A stretch of 63,458 nucleotides of DNA, filler included, from Octopus bimaculoides (taxonomy: Eukaryota), in assembly GCF_001194135.2 (NCBI RefSeq). It is 5 parts of 5 records of this genome, joined end to end, with 100 filler letters (N's around TTAATTAATTAA, not from the genome) between each part and the next. Parts side by side here need not be neighbours in the genome. Positions count along the whole stretch, not along the records: positions 28,918 to 57,476 come from NC_068993.1; positions 57,577 to 60,823 come from NC_068986.1; positions 60,924 to 63,458 come from NW_026333488.1; 2 more parts are not named here. The stretch is one strand, 5' to 3'. Below the pieces are notes generated by a model. The model did not search any database and was not told the origin of the DNA. It saw only the letters and a list, made by a program, of their open reading frames with translations. Shown in pieces: positions 52,905 through 63,458 of the stretch; position 1 is the first letter of the stretch; the number at the start of each line of letters is the position of its first letter. The position numbers were made by a program, and so were the translations under genes.

Positions 52905-53155
52905 AGAAAGAGCGCTGTGACTAGGAATAGCTTTTCCAGTGCGTCTCACTCACCAACCTTCGCTCGCCTTGACGTTCAGATTTCAAATTCCGCTCACCTT
53001 GATGTTCTGAGTTCAAATTCCCCCGACTTCGACTTTATCTTTCATCCCTTCGCGGGTTGATAAATTAAGTACGAGTGAAATACTGGATTTACTGTAATCG
53101 ACTAGTACCCAGTCCGAAATTATCAGGCCTTGTGCCTTTAGTAGACAGGATAATT
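52905..53155 (+). mobile_element. SINE family 4, degenerate
   Basis: gttctgagttcaaattcc...gactttatctttcatcccttcgcgggttgataaattaagtac core. Confidence 0.7.
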
Positions 53156-54877
53156 TATAGCTTTATATGTTCTTCGAGAAGCAATTACAAAATAATTTGT
53201 TAAAAATCAATATTCTATTGAACTCCATCAGCGATTACATAATTTGTCTTTGCTATCTTAACTCCCTAATTCCATATATCAGTGACAAATTCTGGTATAA
53301 TCCGAGTGCCACTGCATCACCGGAACATCAAAAATAAGTCATGTTAAAACAGATCTTTGATAAAATATGACTTTAAAATATTCTGTATTTGTCTATGACA
53401 CAAATGCAGTCTTTATTTTTGTAAGATATCTATAACTTCAGCCTATTCTTTACGCCATACAGCTCTAATATAATCATTATATTAAATGGTGGAATGTAAC
53501 ATTAGGCTCGTGTTTTGTGTAGCTTAAGCCAAGGCACATAAATTCCCTAGTTAAACCATGTTGCTATTTCATTAAGCTCAAGTCAGTAAACTTATGTCAG
53601 ATGGTTCATGCAGATCAGTGGCTAAAGACACTCCAACCGCGATAATCACGTCTTTTGTCGGTCTATTACTGCATGTTTCTCAATAGGATCTATCTTCGAG
53701 AAAATAGCGTACGATTGAGGAACATTTGGTTGCTCTAACTAGCAGATCTCAGTGTTGTTAGTTTTGATTTCACCCTGGTAATTTTAAGATTCATGTACCT
53801 AACCATGCTCTTCAGCGCATTATTCTTAGTCTCAGACATTCGGAGGAACATTTAGCTATTGCTTCTAGACGGCTAAACCTAAGTAGAAAGACTATCTTCT
53901 CAAATTTCTTTTGTTGTTTCAAGTTATTTGCAAAGATTCTCGTATATCTTCCCACAAATACTGACGTGTTTTCATTTGCCTTATATCAAGAACCGTTCAT
54001 GGGAATTAGATATTATGATATTGTAAATAGCCCCTAAACACGCCATACCTCTTTACATTCTCTAATGTGAAAATAATTAAAAGAGAATTAATTAATATAT
54101 TGCAATTAATTAAATTTATGTTTGTATATTCTCATTTAATAATTAATTACTGAATATTGCTCAGCTTAATTACAGCTATAGTTTAAATATTGCCTTTTAA
54201 ATATAAGTTCTAATATATCTATGTATGTGGAAGTGCGTAGAAGTATGAGCGACGTTGTATGTTTCTTGTTGTTTTAGTCTCTGGCCATACATTCTGCAGC
54301 TTCCGGTTCCCAGACATTCGGATTCTTCAATCTGAAACATCTATTCATATAACTGTGACAGCAGTTTCTCTCTGGTGGGCTCCACAGCCATGTCCACTCA
54401 GATATTTTCCCTTCTTTCTCATATGCCTTCGCCTGGTGTGTCTCATATTCTGTTCGTTGATAAAACGGACACCAACCACTTCGATTAGCCCTTCCCCATC
54501 CTGTACATTTTTTCTCCCTGCGATTCTTTCCATGCTCATATTTTTCTTATAACCGTCGTCGCAAAGTAGTAAAGGAGAGCGTTGAGCGAGCCCGCAAGGC
54601 GTGCAAAGCAGCGTGCATAGTAACTTGCAGAGCAACGTGCAAAGCATGTTTTTCTGGATAAAAACTGAAACAAATAAAAAAGAAAAAAAGAAAAAAACGA
54701 TGAAAATTTTATGAAACCTTTTAAATAATCTCGGAAGAGTAAAACACGTCATATCTCATTTCAGGATCCACCAAAAAAAAAAAAAAAGGAAAAATATTTC
54801 ATCTATCACAGTTAGTAATATTCTTGGTTTTATCATTTTTATAAATTAATGATTTCAATATTAATTAGCATAAAATC

Positions 54878-54910
<33 letters not shown>

Positions 54911-54959
54911 AAATGTTAACCAGTGTGCAATATGTGAATGTATGTATACATCTTGTTGT

Positions 54960-56240
54960 TTAGCATCATCACTTCTCTTCCATGGAGATATATCTGACAA
55001 CAAATCGCATACGAGTGACTGAAATGTAATCAGTTGGCCATAGTCTATCCAGGAATATGGCACCCAATGCTCACTTTCGAGTTTCTTGCCTTGAAGTAGG
55101 TTCATCTGAAGCCCCGGACAGCTGGGTTTAAGTTGTTTCCTAAAAAACATATACCCGCTACTCCTGTGGATCTCTCAAATATTTTGGCAACAGCTGTGTG
55201 TCCTTGAATCCAAGCTCTTTTGGTTCATTGCCCTCCTTTCTGATGGTATGTGTGAGACCTTTGGAACAGTACAGTGACGTAGAGTTCGGGGGCTGGTATA
55301 ACTCTTGATGCCAAAGTTTGGTGTCAATTCTTCTATGTTCTTCCATATGTATATCAACCTTCATTTGTCTCATCTTCGCTCCAGAGAGTAGACTCCGTAG
55401 CTCTTATAGTCTCCCCCAGTAGCTCAACTGGTCCACTGATGCGATCTTCGAGTGTAGCACCACTGAGCGGCCTCAAGTTTCACTATTACTTTGACACTAC
55501 GGGGGTGACCACAGTTGCGAGCATTAGTCTATACTACCGAGGACTAATATCCTCCACAGTCCAACGTAGTTTACTTGTGCTGGAAGTTCTCCGCATTCAT
55601 TCGGCCATTCGCCTGCACATTACTACCATGTTGGTGATACCTATATGAAATGTTGTATGTAGTTGCACAAACCAATCATCAGATTACGCACTATTCTAGA
55701 CTCTGGGACTGCCACTTCTTTTTGTCCGAAATATTTCTTTGTGCCGCAAGCTGGGGGACAACGGAAGGCTTGAAATTTTCTGGCATTAAATTGCATGTTG
55801 TTTCCTTCAGCCATTTATGTATGGCATCTAGATTGTTCGGTAAAAGATTAATGTCGATTTGTTCCTTGACTGATTGTACTGATTTTGGTATTGTTCAAAA
55901 TTATGGTTGCTTGTGCAACTGATATTTCCGGAAGAGGTACCATAAGCACAGGCGCCTCCACGATAGCTCCGTGAAGCACCCCACTCACTATTACTGTCTC
56001 CTTGGAGAGAACCCCATTGTCTGCCACAATCAGATTTCTGTCTATTTAGATATCATACAACCACTCCGTAAGTTTTCCGACTCTGCCGAGTCTCCGTAGC
56101 TTGTGACGTATTATCCAGTAGTCTAAAAACAAAGGACGACAAGTATTGTCGAAGCTGGAATATCTTTTTTCAGAGCTACTGCGTCCACCTCTCTGTTGTC
56201 TTGATTTGCACGAGTCCTACGAGAGTTCTCTTCGATGAGT
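54960..56240 (-). pseudogene. Degraded CR1/Jockey-group LINE (RT C-terminal part)
   Basis: HKLRRLGRVGKLTEWLYD...VSGVLHG (cf. SGVPQG), YSLERR..RLIYIWK.IEELTPNFG, LGFKDTQLLPKYLRD; stops and frameshifts. Confidence 0.82.
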
Positions 56241-57297
56241 GTCCGAAGCTCTCGGTACCTTCAGTATAGAAAAAAACAGGAGAAAACAGAAAAGCAAAAT
56301 CAGTGTTCAGAGCGAACCTCGCTGGCTTGTGTTCAAAAGCTATGGAATAACATATGACTTGGAATTGAAAGAAAAGATCAAACTGGTAGTAATTTATTTG
56401 ATAGTGTCATTAAACCGTATCACCACGAAACAGTGAAATGAACTCTAGTAATATGTACACGAGAGTAAGAGGAACAACGGAACGATAACAGTAACAGAAA
56501 TATCAACAGCAACCACTGCATCAACAGTAACAAGAACAATAACACCAGCAACAACAGGATGACATTATTAAGAATAACAACACCAACGGCAGAGAGGCAG
56601 CAACTACAAGAAATATCGGTTTAGTAATTTGAAAGAAGAAATAATAAAAAAGAAATATATAATTCTGAAACTCGTTTTTGAAATCTAAACGATCAATTTT
56701 TTTGTTGTTGTATGTATTGTATATTTTTACCATTGTAATTTTCTATGACCTGCGGGAATTTCAATATATTTTGTAAGACGAAAACGTTGATGAAAAAATT
56801 AGAAGATTAGTAGGAAAGACGTATACAACATAGACAAATAAACTAAAAGAAAAAAAAAACACACAAAAGAAAGAGAAAAAAGAACAATAGAAGAGAAAAG
56901 GAAAGAGAGAACAGCTTAAAGTATTTTCCACTGTTTAGGTAATTATTTTGTAGCTAGCGAAATAATTATTTTAGAGTGATCGAAAACATATATGCAGACA
57001 GTTTTACATTGAAACACACACACATATGTACATATATTCTATACAATGGATATACAACAGCAACAGCAGTATCACATGCTACCATACGGACGTGAGTTAG
57101 TGTGCATATGTGTATGGAAGTGTGTGATATTATAAGTATTATTAATACATACATACTCATATTCTCTCTATAGACACACACACACGTTACGCATGTAGCA
57201 TAATATATATGTAAATTAAATATTATTTATGTTATGTATATTATATATATATATATATATGTATGTATGCATTTGTGCGCCTATCTCTATGTGTTCA

Positions 57298-57352
<55 letters not shown>

Positions 57353-57576
57353 TTATCTATCTGTCTATCTATCTATATGTATATAAATATATGTATTCAT
57401 ATGTATCACATGTAATAGCATTGATATAAATCATATGACAATTACTATAACATATATATATATATATATATATATANNNNNNNNNNNNNNNNNNNNNNNN
57501 NNNNNNNNNNNNNNNNNNNNTTAATTAATTAANNNNNNNNNNNNNNNNNNNNNNNNNNNNNNNNNNNNNNNNNNNN

Positions 57577-57619
<43 letters not shown>

Positions 57620-57664
57620 ATGTGTATGTATGTATGTATGTATGTATGTATACACACACACACG

Positions 57665-57701
<37 letters not shown>

Positions 57702-57809
57702 GTACGTAATATATATATATTTAAGATTATTTTTGATTGGCAGAAAGTTACAAATGTGACTAAGGGATGTGAGATTCAGGCGTGGCCCGATAAGTGTGAT
57801 GCTTGAAAA

Positions 57810-57965
57810 TCTCTTATTCGTCATACTATAGGCACAGAGCTTGAAATTTTGGGCGGGAAGGCGCCAGTCGATAACATCGACTCCACTGCTCAATTTGTAC
57901 TTATTTCATCGATCTCGAAGGGATGAAAAGCAAAGTCGACCTCTATGGAATTTGAACTCAGAATT
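57810..57965 (-). mobile_element. SINE family 4 fragment
   Basis: Reverse-complement core and tail. Confidence 0.7.
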
Positions 57966-58049
57966 AAAAAGTCGGAGTAAATTTCGCAAAACATTTTTCC
58001 GATGGTTTAACGATTCTGTTAGTTAACCGTCCTTCAATAATAATAATAG

Positions 58050-58455
<406 letters not shown>

Positions 58456-58590
58456 TAGAGCCCTGGGAACAGAGTAAAAATCTTGAGATGTACATGGAAC
58501 AAATAGAGGCTGCAATAAAGGTGAGCACTTTCAGATAACAGCACTGCTTGGAACCGCTCGAATACTCCGGAAGGTGCTCGAAAAACGGTG
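58456..58590 (+). mobile_element. R4/Dong-like fragment, second subfamily
   Basis: ...YMEQIEAAIK...ITALLGTARILRKVLEK preceded by (AAT)n. Confidence 0.75.
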
Positions 58591-58689
58591 AAACCAGTGG
58601 TACCTGCCCTAGATATAAAAGTAAAGACTAAAATAGGATACAAAGAGTTTGTGACAAAGCAAACAGGGTGAACACGCGGTACAAGACTC

Positions 58690-59213
58690 ACAAATATCAA
58701 GGAGTGATGTCTGTAGAAGCCACAGCCCATGGAAAACTAGCCCATAGATTTAGGAAAGGTCTGAAGGAGGCTAAACTCAACATCAAAATCGTTGAAAAGC
58801 CAGGGAGCTCCCTCAGATCACAACTCTGTAGGACGTACCCCTTTGAGAATACAACATGCACCTATGATAACTGCATAGTATGTAACATTAATCCTGGTAT
58901 TAACTGTAGAACTAGAAATGTAGTCTACAACATAAAGTGCATAGAGGGTGCTTGTAAAGACAAGAACATAATATACACAGGTGAGACATCTAGAAGCATT
59001 GCAGAGAGACTAAATGAACATTTGAGACAATATGACAACAAAAAACAGTCCTCCATACTCTACCAACATGCCAAAGACCAACATGGAAGCACAGTGAGTC
59101 AGCTTAACATCTGCATTTTATCCAAGCACCCGTAAGACCTAGCACTCAGACAAGTACAAGAATACGTCCTCATTAATGAAACAGCCCCAGTACTAAATAT
59201 GAAATATACATAG
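58690..59213 (+). pseudogene. Penelope-like element GIY-YIG endonuclease fragment
   Basis: C-x4-C-x2-C-x7-C then RNVVYNIKC...IYTGETSRSIAERLNEH...HAKDQH. One in-frame TAA at 59133-59135, then LRQVQEYVLINETAPVLN and TAG at 59211-59213. Confidence 0.88.
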
Positions 59214-59269
59214 GTGTCATACCCCAATATATAGTCATACAAACCGATAAAAACCCAAACCCATGCACA

Positions 59270-59745
59270 GACACACACAAACAGGTAGACACAAGGAGTA
59301 CACACACATACAAATACACAAACATAAACACAAACACGCACATAAACACATACACACAAACGCACAAACACAAGTATGAACACAAGCACATGGATATGTA
59401 GAATGCATACATACGTCCAAGCGTGCACACGTACATACATATTTACACACACATACATGCATACACACACACACACATACATACATACATACATACATAC
59501 ATGCATGCATACATACATACAGACATACATACACACAGACACGCATGCATACATACATGCATACATGCATACACACATACAGAGTAAATATATACATATA
59601 AACGTGCATACAAGCGTACATATATATATGCATACACGCACATAGTTGCATACATACAAAGATACATACATACATACATACAAACATGCATACATGCAAA
59701 TATATGTGTATGCGCACGCACTCTGAAGCATGCGCATACGCACAA
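59270..59745. repeat. Compound (CA)/(ATAC) microsatellite
   Basis: Direct reading. Confidence 0.95.
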
Positions 59746-59893
59746 AAAAGGAACGCAGTTCCGGTAAAGGACAAAGTGAACGACTATTGAAAACGTTGCA
59801 AAACGCAACGAAAATTTCAGTAAATTACAGAAAATTTCAGTTAATGATTAGAAATCAAACCGGTGGGCACTAAACGAGAATGACTCCCCAGAC

Positions 59894-59950
<57 letters not shown>

Positions 59951-60016
59951 TTTAAAATTATTTAATCAATATTTTAAATACCGATCTTATCCTTATTTAT
60001 ATAAATATATATATAA

Positions 60017-60048
<32 letters not shown>

Positions 60049-60374
60049 TGAGAGAGTGAGAGATAGAGATAAAGAAAGAAAGTTATAAGCCGCTGCGTAT
60101 GCATATCTAAGCATATATCATTATATATATGAAATTTCAATATATGCTGCACATGTTTCAATAGCATCACAATTTATTGGCAATCGGTGTATTTCGTAAA
60201 CTGGAATCGCCAGCCATTTCTATGGGCATGCTGAACCACCGAAAGACAAAAATCAGCTGTTCAAAAATTCGATCTCAATTAAACTTTTGGAGAATTTACA
60301 CTTTGATGACATCATTGGGGGGGGGGGGGGGAAAAANNNNNNNNNNNNNNNNNNNNNNNNNNNNNNNNNNNNNN

Positions 60375-60460
<86 letters not shown>

Positions 60461-60602
60461 CATCCTCATCATTATCATCGTCGTCATCTTCGTCGTCGTC
60501 GCCATCATTGTCGTCGTCGTCGTCATCATAATCATCATCTATATATATCTAAATATATGTATGCATACATACATCGTACTTATCACTCACACACATACAC
60601 AC

Positions 60603-60656
<54 letters not shown>

Positions 60657-60923
60657 GCGACAAGCTTCTACACTGTTTCCGTTTACCAAATTCTCTCACA
60701 AAGCATTAGTCGTCCGGGACTCTAGCAGAAGACACTTTCTCAGTCTGCAGTGGAATGGAACTGAACCTGAAACCAGGTGTTTGCAAAGCGTGCTTCGTCC
60801 GTGCCTCTGTCTCTCGCTTTTGANNNNNNNNNNNNNNNNNNNNNNNNNNNNNNNNNNNNNNNNNNNNTTAATTAATTAANNNNNNNNNNNNNNNNNNNNN
60901 NNNNNNNNNNNNNNNNNNNNNNN

Positions 60924-61195
60924 ATGAAGGAGAGGTTGGCATGGGTGCCAGTACAGAGTTTGTCCAATGAAGGCGAGGTTGGCATGGGTGCCAGTACAGA
61001 GTTTATGTCCAATGTAGGAGAGGTTGGCATGGGTGCCAGTACAAAGTTTAGTGTCCAATGAAGGACAGGTGGGCATGGATGTCAGTCATCGAATTTAGTT
61101 CGATTTCCCTTGCCCCAACAGGTCTTTGCTAGCAGAGTTTAGTGTCCAATGAAGGAGAGGTTGGCATGGGTGCCAGTCATCGAATTTAGTTCGAT
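60924..61195 (+). repeat. About 45-47-bp minisatellite (aatgaaggagaggttggcatgggtgccagtacagagtttagtgtcc)
   Basis: Five recognisable units, the last two separated by a spacer; the unit matches 2515-2560. Confidence 0.88.
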
Positions 61196-61324
61196 TTCAG
61201 CTGTAGATACGATACCAGACCAGACTGGACCCTGGTGCAGGCATAGGTTCCCTTTACCTCAGTCAAACCGTCCAACCCATGACAGCATGGAAAAACAGAC
61301 GTTAATCAACGATCTCAATGATGA

Positions 61325-61484
61325 TGCTGGTGCGTTTACATCCCCCGTAAACTAGCGGTTCGGCAACGGACAACCGATAGAATAAGAACCAGGCTTCCAA
61401 AAAATGGGTCCTGGAGTCAGTGTCTTCGACTAAATTGCGTTGCTCCAGCGTGGCCACAGTCAAATGACTGAAACAAGTAAAAGA

Positions 61485-61485
<1 letters not shown>
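61325..61485 (+). mobile_element. SINE family 1, 3' part
   Basis: Core and tail match. Confidence 0.75.
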
Positions 61486-61520
<35 letters not shown>

Positions 61521-62072
61521 NNNNNNNNNNNNNNNNNNNNNNNNNNNNNNNNNNNNNNNNNNNNNNNNNNNNNNNNNNNNNNNNNNNNNNNNNNNNNNNN
61601 NNNNNNNNNNNNNNNNNNNNNNNNNNNNNNNNNNNNNNNNNNNNNNNNNNNNNNNNNNNNNNNNNNNNNNNNNNNNNNNNNNNNNNNNNNNNNNNNNNNN
61701 NNNNNNNNNNNNNNNNNNNNNNNNNNNNNNNNNNNNNNNNNNNNNNNNNNNNNNNNNNNNNNNNNNNNNNNNNNNNNNNNNNNNNNNNNNNNNNNNNNNN
61801 NNNNNNNNNNNNNNNNNNNNNNNNNNNNNNNNNNNNNNNNNNNNNNNNNNNNNNNNNNNNNNNNNNNNNNNNNNNNNNNNNNNNNNNNNNNNNNNNNNNN
61901 NNNNNNNNNNNNNNNNNNNNNNNNNNNNNNNNNNNNNNNNNNNNNNNNNNNNNNNNNNNNNNNNNNNNNNNNNNNNNNNNNNNNNNNNNNNNNNNNNNNN
62001 NNNNNNNNNNNNNNNNNNNNNNNNNNNNNNNNNNNNNNNNNNNNNNNNNNNNNNNNNNNNNNNNNNNNNNNN

Positions 62073-62455
62073 AGCTTGCTTACCAACCACATGGTTTCGG
62101 GTTCAGTTCCACTGCGTGGCACCTTGGGCAATTGTCTTCCACTATAGCCTCGGGCCGACCAAAGCCTTGTGAGTGGATTTGGCAGACGGAAACTGAAAGA
62201 AGCCCATCGTGTATATGTATATATATGTATGTATATGTGTGTGTGTTTGTGTGTCTGTGTTTGTCCCCCTAGCATTGCTTGACAACCGATGCTGGTGTAT
62301 TTATGTCCCCGTCACTTAGCGGTTCGGCAAAAGAGACGATAGAATAAGTACTAGGCTTACAAAGAATAAGTCCCGGGGTCGATTTTGCTCGACTAAAGGC
62401 GGTGCTCCAGCATGGCCGCAGTCAAATGACTGAAACAAATAAAAGAGTAAAAAAG
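62073..62455 (+). mobile_element. SINE family 1, near full length
   Basis: Reverse complement of 7963-8340. Confidence 0.88.
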
Positions 62456-62479
62456 TATATGTGTATATATACACGTCTG

Positions 62480-63458
62480 TCCTAATTCTACGGCTTTGCC
62501 TGCAAGAAGGCTATATGCGTGCTAGAAATAACAGCCGAATTTCCACAAAACTGCATTAAGGGCACCTCTCTAAGAAAACGACCCCTAATTTCTAAAGAAA
62601 ACAATTATGAAAATGGAAAATAGATCCAAAATTAATGAAGCATGGAAAAAAATTAGGGATCTTCATCCGTTTTTAAATATTTTATACTAAAAAAATCGAT
62701 GGTTTTGAATCGGGGTCCTAATTGGGGGTGAAAAAATCAAGGAATTTATTCCTCGTGGGGTCTTTACATTTAACCGGGATAAAAAAACAAATCGATAAAC
62801 CCATTTCTTAGAGGATCTCTCACTAAAATTGTCCACACCCCTAGTTTTCAACCCCAACATTTACTAATTTTGATGGGTTTCGTTCAAATTGATAAAGACT
62901 CAGGAACTTTGAAGGGTTTAACTCCTCCCAAAACGAAAATCAGACAAGAAAAATCGATGAGGGTACTAAATCAGTCCCAAGTTCCCTAATTTCAACGGAT
63001 TTTGATCAAATTTGACATCGATATTAGTTGGGTTATTGTATTTAATCGGATTTTTTTTTTACTGCGCACACAGGTAGGGGTTAGGTTTTAGGGTTAGCAT
63101 TCACGTTAGGGTTAATTTTAGGGAAGGGCACACGCTTGACCCTTCGCCCATTATATGATGTTATATTTCCCATTCAATTACCCGACTGGTCCTTTATTTT
63201 CTAATATAAAATAATTAAAAATATATGGGTGTTCCTAATTTTTTTACATACTTAATTTATTTTGGGATAGAGTTCCCCATTTTCATAATTTTTTTGAGAA
63301 ATTAGGGGTCATTTTCTTGGAGAGGGGCCCTTTTGAAAAAGAAAACGCCATAAAAACACATGAACCTTCCGAATTTTTTACATACTTAATTAATTTTTTT
63401 ATATATATCCCGTTTTCCTAAATTTTTTTGAGGAATTAGGGGTCATTTTCTTGGAGAG
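62480..63458. repeat. Unclassified AT-rich element with degenerate TTAGGG motifs and an internal direct repeat
   Basis: TTAGGG at 63088, 63106 and 63118; aattaggggtcattttcttggagag at about 63300 and about 63434. Confidence 0.4.

Noticed and set aside
60924-61195. CRISPR-like array
   Set aside because: Tandem units without unique spacers, TE-derived, eukaryotic context, no cas genes.

Overview
AT-rich, microsatellite-dense and gap-rich eukaryotic DNA. The repeat content points to a coleoid cephalopod, probably Octopus (inference). One host gene is supportable: a minus-strand GPI-anchored Ly6/uPAR three-finger protein with three clean exons (12149-12030, 6839-6655, 1212-1123; matching splice phases 1/1/0). 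Its signal-peptide exon was not found; a candidate first exon/promoter lies near 16.0 kb, across a scaffold join. The rest is simple repeats, N gaps (four with a synthetic TTAATTAATTAA linker) and mobile-element debris: several SINE families, hAT and piggyBac-like MITEs, mariner relics, a CR1-type LINE, HERO-like and R4/Dong-like REL-endonuclease retroposon ends, and a Penelope-like GIY-YIG fragment. The most interesting observation is a tRNA-headed SINE-like element (13417-13808) carrying a minimal Penelope-type hammerhead ribozyme motif. Other notable points: (TAA)n-targeted R4/Dong insertions, intronic inverted repeats, and a CpG-decay boundary matching the gene's likely 5' end. Almost all long ORFs in the track are microsatellite or gap artefacts. 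Repeat boundaries are approximate unless a TSD is cited, and family assignments come from recalled motifs, not database searches.
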